A DNA stretch of 64,000 bases, taken from assembly GCA_050012015.1 (NCBI GenBank), contig JBEKHZ010000003.1, positions 332,970 through 396,969 on the forward strand, given 5' to 3'. Source of the DNA: Terracidiphilus sp. (GTDB lineage: Bacteria; Acidobacteriota; Terriglobia; Terriglobales; Acidobacteriaceae). Of the stretch, positions 9,179 through 18,441 are shown in pieces. Under the pieces are notes generated by a model that was not told the origin of the DNA, searched no databases, and was given only the letters and a program-made list of their open reading frames with translations. Position 1 is the stretch's first letter, and each line of letters opens with the position of its first letter. Both the position numbers and the translations under genes were made by a program.

Positions 9179-10348
9179 CTATTGTTTCTGAGCAGCCACA
9201 GAAGTGACCTGAACCGGGCTGTCGGAATCTGTTACTGGTGCGCTGACAACCGGCGTCAGTTTGTTCACAGGTATTTCTGTTCCTACGGGGAAGATGAGAA
9301 TCTGGATCGAGCCCCAATCCGCTTCCAGGGTTGCATCTGCCTGCTTACCCATTCCCAAGGTCTTAAGCTGGCTGTCGTCAAATCCAAAGTTTTCGACTAA
9401 ATACTCACGCACAACCATAGCCCTGGCTTCGGTAAGCACCAAGTCCTTTTGGGTATCGCCTTCCATGCCTGTTGAAACCACGATTACAGCAAATCCAAAT
9501 TGATTCTCTGCCAGGTACTCGCCGCCGGCGTTGAGAGTCTTCTCATTCTTCAGCTTGGCCGAATCGCGAGCATCGAAGAGTTGCCTCGCTGTGTAGGTAA
9601 ACGCCTTCAGAGGCGTACCGAGCGGAAGCCAGCTAATCTTATGTGCTGACAAAGCGGCGGAGTCTTCGTATCCACGCTTTCTGAAATACCCGCTCAAAAG
9701 AAAGTTATGCTTCAACGCTTCCATATTTTCCTGGAAGTCTGTCACGCCGACTTGCGCCTGGAGCATCGTGGCGTGTAGCGTAGTCGTTGTCTGTTCCAGG
9801 TTGTTATAGAGTTGCTTGTCGTTCACCAGCGCACCTATAGTTCCCTGTCCCGAGTCGATCTTGGCGCTAACCGAATTCAGATGCTCAGTGGCTTGCTGGC
9901 CGCTATCCAGCATTCCGTTCGCCTTCTTGAGCATATCCGCCATCAAAAGCGGAGGTTCACTCTCAATGAGATCGCCATCTTTTACTTCGGCTTGCCCGGC
10001 AGATCCAAACGAAATGGCCACGAACTGATTACCCAACACTCCTTCAGTTTCGATTGAAGCCACGGAGTCCCGCTTGATGATCTCGTGTGTCGATCTGTCG
10101 AGATCCATGACCACCGTGACCTTTTCACCTGGCTTATGAGGTAAATCGATGCTATGCACAGTTCCGCTGTGAACTCCGCCTACCTGCACGTCGGCTCCAT
10201 TAGCCAGGCCCGCCACATTGTCGAATTGCGCTTTCAGTTGGTAAGTGGAGCGAAACAGATAGTTCTTGCCTCCGATAATGAAGACCCCGGCAGCCAGAAC
10301 TGCCAGCGCCAAAACGATGAATGCTCCCAGCCGCGCTACTCTCGACAT
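9179..10348 (-). CDS. mlaD: MlaD/MCE-domain protein with OmpA-C-like C-terminal extension
   Basis: N-terminal TM plus MCE domain (YQLKAQFDNVAGLANGADVQVGGVHSGTV). The C-terminal region VIVVSTGMEGDTQKDLVLTEARAMVVREYLVENFG resembles the OmpA-like N..LS..RA..V..YL motif. Confidence 0.85.
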   Translation of the reverse strand: MSRVARLGAFIVLALAVLAAGVFIIGGKNYLFRSTYQLKAQFDNVAGLANGADVQVGGVHSGTVHSIDLPHKPGEKVTVVMDLDRSTHEIIKRDSVASIETEGVLGNQFVAISFGSAGQAEVKDGDLIESEPPLLMADMLKKANGMLDSGQQATEHLNSVSAKIDSGQGTIGALVNDKQLYNNLEQTTTTLHATMLQAQVGVTDFQENMEALKHNFLLSGYFRKRGYEDSAALSAHKISWLPLGTPLKAFTYTARQLFDARDSAKLKNEKTLNAGGEYLAENQFGFAVIVVSTGMEGDTQKDLVLTEARAMVVREYLVENFGFDDSQLKTLGMGKQADATLEADWGSIQILIFPVGTEIPVNKLTPVVSAPVTDSDSPVQVTSVAAQKQ

Positions 10349-10356
10349 ATATCCTC

Positions 10357-11145
10357 CTACGACAGTTTCAGAAAATCTTCAACGAATCCGATATCGCTCT
10401 GTTGAAGATCTTTAAACGTGCCTTCGATTACAACATTTCCCTTATCCAGCAGAGCCAAACGGTTGGCAGTCGTTCTGGCGCTGTGCAGGTCGTGTGTTAC
10501 TACAATGGATGCCATCCGACGCTCACGCTGCAGCTTGAGAATCAAATCGTCGATCTCGCCCGAGCTGATGGGATCAAGGCCTGCAGTGGGCTCGTCAAGA
10601 AGCAGAATCTCCGGCTCCAGCGCGAGCGCGCGCGCCAGGCCAACGCGTTTTTGCATCCCGCCTGAGATATCGGAAGGCATCGTATCAAGGTTGCCTTCCA
10701 TGCCCACCTCAGCGAGTAACTGCTTCACACGTTTGCTGCGCTCAGAGCTGGACATATCTTTCCTGTGGTGTACAAGGGGAAACGCCACGTTTTCAGCCAC
10801 AGTGAGCGAATCGTAAAGCGCTGCATGCTGAAACAAAAAGCCCATCTTCTTCCTGATCTCGCCCATCCGGTCAAGAGCCAGGCCAACAATATTCTGGCCA
10901 TGGATGCAAACCGATCCCGAGTCGGGTGTTTCCAGGCCGATGATCAACCGCAGCAAAACGCTTTTTCCCGTGCCGCTACGTCCTAGCACGGCCAATGTTT
11001 CCCCGCGGTTCACGCTCAGGCTAATTCCGTTGAGAACCATGTGACTTCCAAAGGTCTTCCGCAGGTTATTGACCGCGATAACCGGCGCACAGCCATCTTC
11101 TTCAGATCGCTCTTGCTTCATCGCGATGTCACAGGTTGTGGCCAT
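10357..11145 (-). CDS. mlaF: ABC transporter ATP-binding protein (MlaF-like)
   Basis: Walker A GRSGTGKS, signature ISGGMQKRVGLARAL, Walker B ILLLDEPTAGLD. Confidence 0.9.
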   Translation of the reverse strand: MATTCDIAMKQERSEEDGCAPVIAVNNLRKTFGSHMVLNGISLSVNRGETLAVLGRSGTGKSVLLRLIIGLETPDSGSVCIHGQNIVGLALDRMGEIRKKMGFLFQHAALYDSLTVAENVAFPLVHHRKDMSSSERSKRVKQLLAEVGMEGNLDTMPSDISGGMQKRVGLARALALEPEILLLDEPTAGLDPISSGEIDDLILKLQRERRMASIVVTHDLHSARTTANRLALLDKGNVVIEGTFKDLQQSDIGFVEDFLKLS

Positions 11146-11180
11146 TCATATCTCACAAATGGTGCGTAAAGGGTTAAGGG

Positions 11181-12032
11181 TTAAGGGAAGACAACCAGAA
11201 TGAATTTCACCAGGACAACATCGGCCAGAATCACGAAGAGCGATGCGAGAACCACCGAGTTTGTGGCAGCTCGGCCAACGCCCTCAGCTCCACCGCGTGT
11301 TCGCATTCCTTGAAAGCACGCTATAAGCCCGATAATCAGGCCATACACAGAGGTCTTGAATGTCTGGGGCAGGAACGTACTAAAAGTCGCGCCCTTGAAG
11401 CCGTCCTGGATGAACTGATGAAACGAGAGCGGCTCGACCAGTGTTTGCGCAAACCAGCCCATCAACAGGCCGCATCCATCGGAGATAAGGGTCAGCAACG
11501 GCAGCATCAGGATGCAGGCCAGAATTCGTGTCGCTGCCAGATACCGATAAGGATTGATTGCCGATGCCTCAATGGCGTCGATCTGCTCGGTAACTTTCAT
11601 CGATGCAAGTTCCGCGCTAATGCCGGCTCCCACACGCCCGCTTACTACCAGGCCGGTGATGATCGGACCCATCACCTGGATCACGGAGTACACGAGAGTG
11701 GCGGGAAACATGGATTTAGCGCCGAATCGACTTAGACTGTAACGTGCTTCCAGCGAGATAATTACGCCGATAGCGGAGCCGGCCATGACGACTACCGGAA
11801 AAGACTTCGATCCAACCTCGTCGAGTTGATGGATTAGCTCACGCCACTCATACGGCGGCGTTACAGCCGCGCGCAGTACCTGCCAGAAGAAGATGCCCAG
11901 ATTGCCGAACCACTCGAAGAAGCCTTCAACCAGCCCGACTGCAGAACTCGCAGCGGTGTTCATGAGCATATTCCGCCGCCCCGGAAGCGGCGGGTTGATG
12001 GCTGTGACGGTAATGATTCCGCTGTTACTCAA
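11181..12032 (-). CDS. mlaE: ABC transporter permease (MlaE-like)
   Basis: MlaE-type polytopic permease (…QIDAIEASAINPYRYLAATRILA…). Operon position upstream of mlaF/mlaD. The exact start is uncertain. Confidence 0.9.
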   Translation of the reverse strand: MSNSGIITVTAINPPLPGRRNMLMNTAASSAVGLVEGFFEWFGNLGIFFWQVLRAAVTPPYEWRELIHQLDEVGSKSFPVVVMAGSAIGVIISLEARYSLSRFGAKSMFPATLVYSVIQVMGPIITGLVVSGRVGAGISAELASMKVTEQIDAIEASAINPYRYLAATRILACILMLPLLTLISDGCGLLMGWFAQTLVEPLSFHQFIQDGFKGATFSTFLPQTFKTSVYGLIIGLIACFQGMRTRGGAEGVGRAATNSVVLASLFVILADVVLVKFILVVFP

Positions 12033-12901
12033 TGGTTTGGACCGGGTTCTAGCGCGCCGTGCCTATTGTTAAGATGCATGCGTGAAAGCAAGGAATGGGG
12101 TCCGCTATAGATGAATTCCAGGGCAATATTCTCGCCGGCAAATGCCAGCAAACCGTAGTTGCCCATTCTAAATGCATCCTTGGCGCCGTAGCGGTTGGGG
12201 TACCAGCCATAGACGGCGGTCATCGTGCCCGCATACGGCCCGACGAGCGCAGGAATAGAAAAGACACGATGGCCGTCTCTGCCGCGGCGCGCTGTCAAGG
12301 TCGAAATTACGGCATAACTCAGCCGCGGAAACACGCCTCTGCACTCGCAGCGGTAGTACATCGCGTCTTGCTTAAAGGCCTCTGACAGCCCGTAACGTGT
12401 CGTTGTGGCTACCATTGCGATGCCGTAGTCGGACCCGAATCTCTTGGAGTAACCCTTAACGCCTTGATTCCATTCCGGCGGAGAATTGGTTGCCTGGTTA
12501 ATGCCGGCGCCGAACGCGGCTCCGGCAATAGGGTACGGACCGAACGCGTCGAAAACGTAGTTGATGATCTTTATTCTCTGCGTCGGGCGCACATACGTCA
12601 GATCAATCTGGCTAGAGGTTGTGCTTGCTTGAGTGTCAGAGGAGTCTCCCGCATAGGGTAGTGATTGCGACCCAGCCATCACTGACAAACATGCCATGAC
12701 TACAGCTACCAGCAGCATAAACAATACTCGGCGGACCTTTTTGTCGATAGGCTCGTTGATCGAGCGGAATCCAAGTATTCCGGCCAGATCGCCATAGAAG
12801 GCAAGCATAGACTGCGAATTCGGTATCTTCATGGAGGTCGTCAAGGTTTCGTCTTCGGTCAGCATCGGCTCTCCTGATACATCTGGCTCTGTCAAGAACA
12901 A
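12029..12901 (-). CDS. hypothetical exported/membrane protein, first gene of the Mla-like operon
   Basis: 290-aa ORF whose stop overlaps the mlaE start by 4 nt, with an internal signal-like segment LFMLLVAVVMACLSVMAGS. No family recognised and the start is uncertain. Confidence 0.55.
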   Translation of the reverse strand: MFLTEPDVSGEPMLTEDETLTTSMKIPNSQSMLAFYGDLAGILGFRSINEPIDKKVRRVLFMLLVAVVMACLSVMAGSQSLPYAGDSSDTQASTTSSQIDLTYVRPTQRIKIINYVFDAFGPYPIAGAAFGAGINQATNSPPEWNQGVKGYSKRFGSDYGIAMVATTTRYGLSEAFKQDAMYYRCECRGVFPRLSYAVISTLTARRGRDGHRVFSIPALVGPYAGTMTAVYGWYPNRYGAKDAFRMGNYGLLAFAGENIALEFIYSGPHSLLSRMHLNNRHGALEPGPNH

Positions 12902-13140
12902 ATGCAGCGTTTAGCTGCACCTCAATAGATGTTGACAGAGTATGAACCTCTCTGGATGGTCACATTTGCTCGCAGCCGCATGGAAGCATATGTGCTGCTT
13001 CCGAGTCACACGGTGACACAAAACTGCCCCTATCAGCGTTTGTGATTACGCAAAACATGTCTAAAAGAGCACAGCTTTTGCTCTCATCATTGCCGAGAAT
13101 AAGACTCCAGCTAATTCAGTAGTTCGGCGAGGAGACTGTC

Positions 13141-13608
13141 ATGTCTGAAGCTCGTGCTTTCCCTGCGATTCCCACGAAGATTCTGTTGCCCATCGACTTT
13201 AGCCCATCGTCTCAAGCTGCTTTGGAGATGGCAGCGGACCTTGCTCAGCATTTTCATGCCGAACTCCATCTTGTAAATGTCATTCCGTTCTTTCCCACTA
13301 CCACTCTCCCTGACCTGATCCCTGAAACCGAATTCATCCAGGCGGCAAGAACATTTGCAGAACAGCATCTGGCCAAGTGCCATGCTGCCCTTGCGGCCAG
13401 GAAAGTCAAGGCGTGTTCCAGCGTCGAAGTTGGAAATGACGTAGCGGGGAGCATCATGGAGGTGGTTGTGCGCGAACATATCGACATGGTCGTTATCTCC
13501 ACCCACGGCATCTCCGGCTGGCATCCGCTGGTTTTCGGTTCGATTGCTGAGAAGGTTGTCAAGCTGGTGCAATGTCCGCTCTTGCTTCTTCGCTCGGCCA
13601 AGCCTTAG
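13141..13608 (+). CDS. uspA: universal stress protein (UspA family)
   Basis: ILLPIDFSPSS...HLVNV...DMVVISTHGISGW...GSIAEKVVKLVQCPLLLL are the typical Usp motifs. Confidence 0.85.
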   Translation: MSEARAFPAIPTKILLPIDFSPSSQAALEMAADLAQHFHAELHLVNVIPFFPTTTLPDLIPETEFIQAARTFAEQHLAKCHAALAARKVKACSSVEVGNDVAGSIMEVVVREHIDMVVISTHGISGWHPLVFGSIAEKVVKLVQCPLLLLRSAKP

Positions 13609-13620
13609 AGTGGCGTGAAG

Positions 13621-13645
13621 ATTCCATAAGGGCGCTTTATGGAAT
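13621..13645 (+). terminator. perfect 9-bp stem-loop just after uspA (possible terminator, no T-run)
   Basis: ATTCCATAA-GGGCGCT-TTATGGAAT, 13 nt after the uspA stop. Confidence 0.3.
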
Positions 13646-13960
13646 GGCGGTAGCGATGACAGCAGCACAGGTCGCCAATGATGAGCGCGCATAGCACTAT
13701 TGTCCTGGCATCATCCAGACAGACCAAGATTCTGAGCCTGATATTTTTTTATATATATGTTGAAGTGTGCGGAACAGAACAGACATAAGCCTGAGCCAAA
13801 CGAGATAATTGCAAACACATGGCTGTAAACGCCCTCAAGCAAAGGGATGTTTGCCTGATGTGACGCCGAACCTCCCTTAAGCCGCTCGGAACTGCGTTGC
13901 AGAGACCAAGATGCGAGTCGCACTCAGGTATTCCTGACTGAAGTTTCTCCTCTCCAGTCC

Positions 13961-14824
13961 TTGATGAATTCGCCACAAGCGCTGGAATTTTCAAAGCCAA
14001 AGAGGCTATTTCCTGGGCGTTCATCCACACACCGGACAAACTGTCTAGAATGGGGCGTTATTTTGAAGAACAGAAACACACGAATTGCATTTGACTGCGT
14101 AGCTTTTCTTGCAAACGCGGGACTTGGCCGCAAAATCGTTCATCTGGAGCCTAAAGAGACCTTTTTCTCCCAGGGAGATCTGGCCGATACCGTTTTCTAT
14201 CTCCAGACAGGCCGGGCAAAACTCACTGTCGTTGCGCAGAACGGCAAAGAAGCCACAATCACGCTCCTTTCTGTCGGCGATTTCGTTGGAGAGGAGTCCC
14301 TGGCGTCCATTCCTGGATTGCGCCTGGCGACAGCTTCAGCTATCAATACATGCACCGCGCTCAAGATCACCAGGGGAGAGATGGCCCACGTGATGCATGA
14401 CGAACCGGTATTTGCGGACTTCTTTCTGAAATTCATGCTGAATCGCAGTATGCGAACTCAGGCGGATCTTGTTGATCAACTTTTCAATTCCAGCGAAAAG
14501 CGTCTGGCGAGGATTCTTCTGATCATGGCGGAATTCGGCAAGCCCGGCGAGCGGGACACCTTCATTCCTCCCATTTCACAGGAAACTCTGGCGGAAATGA
14601 TCGGAACAACACGGTCGCGGGTGAGTTTCTTCATGAATCGCTTTCGCGCTCTCGGTTATATCAATTACAACGGCCGCATCCAGGTAAACAAATCTTTGCT
14701 CAATGTGGTTCTTCTCGACCAATTGCCGGATCATAACGCGCAAAAGCCGCTCTTTTCAGCGGTCAGAGCTGATCTGAGCTCGCAGTCTCAAAAGTTGAAA
14801 CCATTCTTGAGCCAGTCATTTTGA
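13961..14824 (+). CDS. Crp/Fnr-family transcriptional regulator
   Basis: cNMP-binding fold (FFSQGDLADTVFYLQTGRAKLTV...GDFVGEESL) plus a C-terminal HTH (TTRSRVSFFMNRFRALGYI). The true start may be the in-frame TTG at 14063. Confidence 0.85.
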   Translation: MMNSPQALEFSKPKRLFPGRSSTHRTNCLEWGVILKNRNTRIAFDCVAFLANAGLGRKIVHLEPKETFFSQGDLADTVFYLQTGRAKLTVVAQNGKEATITLLSVGDFVGEESLASIPGLRLATASAINTCTALKITRGEMAHVMHDEPVFADFFLKFMLNRSMRTQADLVDQLFNSSEKRLARILLIMAEFGKPGERDTFIPPISQETLAEMIGTTRSRVSFFMNRFRALGYINYNGRIQVNKSLLNVVLLDQLPDHNAQKPLFSAVRADLSSQSQKLKPFLSQSF

Positions 14825-14888
14825 TCGTCGAGGTTGTAAAGCGTAAACATTCAGTCGTGACGCGGGATTGAGAAAAGCTATCCTGTCG

Positions 14889-15506
14889 CTATTGCCTGTG
14901 CGCATGAACAATAAATCGTTCCGGAGCTGCTCCGATATAGTAAAACGGATAGCAGGTGACAAGCGTTAGGGAAGATTCAGTTGTAGGGGCCAAAACGCCA
15001 TTGTCGCTCGGGGAAGTGATCCGAATCCAATCTACTTCGTATGTGGTGATTCCAGTGGCAGTCTCAAGCTGAATCTCGTCATCCTTGTGAATGTCTTTCA
15101 GTGCGCGAAAGTAGGTATCCCGGTGCCCGGCGATTCCTATGTTCCCCGGCTCGCCGGGGAGCGCCGTTCCTTTGATGTGGCCTACACCCAATCGCAAAGT
15201 TCTCCATGTCGTCCCTTGCAGAACAGCTACCGATACTCCAATCCTTGGAATCTCAATGCGGCCAAGAACATCGCCTTCTTTAATTGCGAGAACAGGTTGC
15301 ACTATCTTGTGCTGTTCTTCCGCTTGAATCTGTTTATCCAGAGCTAACACGGCGTTTTTCTGATAGATCCTTGCACTGACCAATGTGAACACAACATATG
15401 AAAACGCGAGAATACCGCTGACTAGCAAAATGTTTCGCGTCCAGCGCATGAACCGCTGGTTTCGCGTTGTGAACGTCTTTGGCTCAGTTATGGGAATCAT
15501 GTCCAA
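14889..15506 (-). CDS. sortase-family transpeptidase (class D/E-like, N-terminal TM anchor)
   Basis: TM segment ILLVSGILAFSYVVFTLV, IAGHRDTYF (His), TLVTCYPF (Cys), PERFIVHA (Arg). The start overlaps the VWA gene stop by 23 nt. Confidence 0.85.
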   Translation of the reverse strand: MDMIPITEPKTFTTRNQRFMRWTRNILLVSGILAFSYVVFTLVSARIYQKNAVLALDKQIQAEEQHKIVQPVLAIKEGDVLGRIEIPRIGVSVAVLQGTTWRTLRLGVGHIKGTALPGEPGNIGIAGHRDTYFRALKDIHKDDEIQLETATGITTYEVDWIRITSPSDNGVLAPTTESSLTLVTCYPFYYIGAAPERFIVHAHRQ

Positions 15507-16566
15507 CTGTCACAGATCCTGGTGGAGGGGGCGTCAATGGCACGAAGTAACCAGCCCGTGTGCGAGCCGATAAGCGGCCGCGATCCGGCGAGCTAACCTT
15601 CACATCGATGACCCGATACCCGCCATCTTGCTTTAGAATCTTGGGAACGTAAGCTAATGTGTACTGATTACGAATATCGTGTGCAATCCCTTCACAGATT
15701 AAAGATAGCTCCTTCGAGGATTGTGGAAAGAATGCCTCGCCGCCGGTTTCTTTCGCAAATCGTTTGAGCACGCTTGGGTTCTGATCGCCGTCCTGTTCAT
15801 CGAAGATGCCGATCGCGTAGATGATTGCTCCGGAATGCCTGGCCATTTCAATAACCTGGGCAAGATTGTGCTTACTTGCATTATCGCCGCCATCACTGAT
15901 TAGGATAAGCACTTTCTTGTCGCAACTGCCCTGCTTGAGATGATCGAGAGCCACGGCTATCGCATCATAAAGGGCGGTCTCTCCTATTGCCGTGATATCA
16001 GAAAGCCCGAGCTGCAACTGGTCAAGCTTATCTGTAAACGGAATTCCGGCTGGCAGGCCGTATGACACATGCTCATTGAAATTGACCACAAACATCTGGT
16101 CCTGCGAATTGCTGGAACGAGCGAACGACATTGCCGCGGCAATCACATCTGAGCGCTTCGACGCCATACTTCCGCTGTTATCGATAACCAGGCCTACTGT
16201 AACCGGGAGATCTTCATGGCTGAAATCTGTGATTTGTTGAAGAACATGATCTTCATAGACCTGAAAATCTTTTTTATTAAGTCCGGAAACAAGCGCATTG
16301 TGACTGTCCACGACTGTCGTGCTCAAGATAACCAGATTTGCATCGACTTTGAGAGTGTAGTTGTCACTTGAGTGATTCTGTGAAGGAGCACTGACTATTT
16401 GAGACCAGGCAGCGCCAGGGAATGCAATCAATATTGCAAGAGCGATAAGGCAAAGAAGCAAATTGTTCCCTATTTTAACAATACGCCATCCTGTCGAGAA
16501 ATGCCCCTGCGCAGACAAGCCGGCTACTCTCTCTTGACATCTCTTGGACGAGGTTATCTCCGTCAT
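15484..16566 (-). CDS. membrane-anchored VWA-domain protein (Acidobacteria-expanded VWFA type)
   Basis: N-terminal TM, then a MIDAS-like VGLVIDNSGSM and ...ETALYDAI...VLILISDGGDNAS. From memory, the overall layout resembles the TIGR03436 family. Confidence 0.85.
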   Translation of the reverse strand: MTEITSSKRCQERVAGLSAQGHFSTGWRIVKIGNNLLLCLIALAILIAFPGAAWSQIVSAPSQNHSSDNYTLKVDANLVILSTTVVDSHNALVSGLNKKDFQVYEDHVLQQITDFSHEDLPVTVGLVIDNSGSMASKRSDVIAAAMSFARSSNSQDQMFVVNFNEHVSYGLPAGIPFTDKLDQLQLGLSDITAIGETALYDAIAVALDHLKQGSCDKKVLILISDGGDNASKHNLAQVIEMARHSGAIIYAIGIFDEQDGDQNPSVLKRFAKETGGEAFFPQSSKELSLICEGIAHDIRNQYTLAYVPKILKQDGGYRVIDVKVSSPDRGRLSARTRAGYFVPLTPPPPGSVTVGHDSHN

Positions 16567-16627
16567 CTATTTTGTCCTTTGTCCTGGCCTAAAGTAATTC
16601 CACAATAAATCCACGCACGTGCTCCAA

Positions 16628-16661
16628 TGAAAAAGTGAGGCGATGCTCCTGCACCGCCTCA
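16628..16661 (-). terminator. rho-independent terminator/attenuator between the sortase-substrate gene and the VWA gene
   Basis: Minus strand reads TGAGGCG-GTGCAGGAGCAT-CGCCTCA followed by CTTTTTC, starting about 22 nt after the stop of the 234-aa gene. Confidence 0.5.
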
Positions 16662-16683
16662 TTTACTGAATCGTGCTTCTGAG

Positions 16684-17388
16684 TTAGACGGACTTCTTGA
16701 GAAGGCCGGAAACCAGAAAGCCGGCGCCCAATAACATCAGTCCGGACAGTCCAATCAAGCCAAGATCGCTGGCGGTTGCCGGTAAAGATGCGACTTCCAC
16801 TGGTGCTGGCGCGGCAGCAGCCACGACCGGCGCGGGAGGCGGTTCAACAACCTGGGCTGTTTCAACTGTTTCGCCGGCCGGGGTGACTGCCACGACGGGT
16901 GCCGTCACTAAAACCTCGACGGGCGCGGCTGCCAGTGCGACGGGGGTTGCAAGTACAACCTCATTGGTTTCCTTGGCCAGTTGGATGGCTTTGGGCTTGT
17001 CATAAACAAATTGCTCGCCCCATTCACGGCCGGGATAGAACCATGCCTTCAGAGCCTCAGGCTGTCCGGCAGGCCGCTCGCTAAAGGTCATGACCGTTTT
17101 GTTGGTGGACTTCAGACGATAGTTGGGCATTGCGACGATGAGGGTGAAGACATGGGTTTCATCCAGGTTCGAGATCTGGACGATGTGTTCGTACACTCCT
17201 GCATTGATGACTTTGAAAACATAGGTCCCCGCGGGCAATATCTGGGCGCCTGTGCCCCCAACTTCGACCGGTGCGCTAAATGTTACGATAGACTTTCTGT
17301 TGAAATCGTCGGCCTTCGCTTTCGGCGCGACGAGTACACAGAGTACGGTAAGGCAGAGTCCTGTTCCTAAGCCTTTGAGCAGTGTCAT
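16684..17388 (-). CDS. secreted protein with C-terminal sortase sorting signal (LPATA + hydrophobic helix + KK tail)
   Basis: Signal peptide MTLLKGLGTGLCLTVLCVLVAPKAKA, a ~120-aa globular domain and an Ala/Pro/Val-rich stalk. LPATA is encoded at 16771-16785 and is followed by SDLGLIGLSGLMLLGAGFLVSGLLKKSV. Confidence 0.7.
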   Translation of the reverse strand: MTLLKGLGTGLCLTVLCVLVAPKAKADDFNRKSIVTFSAPVEVGGTGAQILPAGTYVFKVINAGVYEHIVQISNLDETHVFTLIVAMPNYRLKSTNKTVMTFSERPAGQPEALKAWFYPGREWGEQFVYDKPKAIQLAKETNEVVLATPVALAAAPVEVLVTAPVVAVTPAGETVETAQVVEPPPAPVVAAAAPAPVEVASLPATASDLGLIGLSGLMLLGAGFLVSGLLKKSV

Positions 17389-17804
17389 TGTTTTTCCATT
17401 ACTTCCTCCGACTCACTTGCACGGTGGTTAAAATGCGTCTCTGTATGTTGTCGGGTTCATAAGAGTTCGCACGCCGGAAACTCCGGCAGCCTTCTATCCG
17501 TGGCGTGTACTAAATGTCAGTATTTCCCGTCGCTCATCAAATAGCTGCTCAATATTGACCTGATGCGTATAATCCATGATGTGCAACGATAAGTAATCGT
17601 GTGCTTCCTATTGCTCAGACAATGACGCTCCCAGTGGTTAGAGTCAAGAGCGTAAGGGTAGATAGACGTCGACCAGATCGAGCTTCTGGTCTTCTTATAC
17701 AGACTTAACCCCTTATGGTGTCTGCTGTTGACAAACTGTTATTAAAGGCAACAGAGCATCCCACATAACACAGGTAACCCAGACACCTCAAAGGGGGGTC
17801 TCAT

Positions 17805-18368
17805 ATGCGAGCACTCAAAACTCTTCTCGGAACAACAGCATTGCTGGCGGGCCTGGCCCTGGCGCCAGCAGTTCAGGCTCAACTCGTCATCGACGTTGGC
17901 GCTCCACCCGTATGTGAGTACGGCTATTACGATTATTCACCTTACGCCTGCGCGCCCTATGGATTTTACGGACCGGGGTACTTCTACGGCGGCGTCTTCC
18001 TGGGCATGGGCCCATGGTCCGGCTGGGGCTATAGCCACGGCTGGGGCAGCCATCGCTTCAGCAACGGTGGCGGCGGAAACTATCGTGGCGGCGGCGGCGC
18101 CATGGCCAATCGCAGCAATTATGCACGCGGCGGCGGGGAAACACGCTCCAATGGCGGTGGTCAGGTTCGCGGTAACGCAGCGGCTTATCATTCAAGCGGT
18201 GCGCGTCCCAGTGCAGGTCATGCAACAGTGACTCGTACATCAGCTTCGCGCGGCAGCGCTTCTCACGCAGCGCCAGCGCGTGGCGGTGGAGGACATCCCA
18301 GCGGCGGCGGTGGTGGACATCCCAGCGGCGGTGGCGGTGGTGGACATCCCAGCGGCGGGCACAAGTAA
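17805..18368 (+). CDS. secreted Gly/Tyr-rich protein with C-terminal (G4-6HPS)3 repeat
   Basis: Signal peptide ...ALAPAVQA, then YGYYDYSPYACAPYGFYGPGYFYGG. The 3' end holds three tandem ~21-nt units encoding GGGGHPS. RBS-like GGGGGG lies before the ATG. Confidence 0.65.
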   Translation: MRALKTLLGTTALLAGLALAPAVQAQLVIDVGAPPVCEYGYYDYSPYACAPYGFYGPGYFYGGVFLGMGPWSGWGYSHGWGSHRFSNGGGGNYRGGGGAMANRSNYARGGGETRSNGGGQVRGNAAAYHSSGARPSAGHATVTRTSASRGSASHAAPARGGGGHPSGGGGGHPSGGGGGGHPSGGHK

Positions 18369-18408
18369 CTTGTAGCTGCTGCATCATGCAGTATTTAAAA
18401 CAAAAAGT

Positions 18409-18441
18409 GGCGGGGCTTAACGGCTCCGCCGCTTTGCGTTT
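18409..18441 (+). terminator. putative rho-independent terminator
   Basis: GGCGGGGC-TTAACG-GCTCCGCC (8 bp, one G-U) followed by GCTTTGCGTTT, 40 nt after the stop at 18368. Confidence 0.45.

Noticed and set aside
13111-13692. Minus-strand ORF of 193 aa antisense to uspA
   Set aside because: The plus-strand product has canonical Usp motifs. The antisense product has none and no RBS.
17580-17760. Promoter-like hexamers (TTGACC...TATAAT at ~17558-17580; TTGACA at ~17739) in the divergent gap between the sortase-substrate gene and the Gly-rich protein gene
   Set aside because: The spacing between the -35-like and -10-like elements is wrong: 7 nt in the first case, and no -10 at 16-18 nt in the second. 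They are not reported as promoters.
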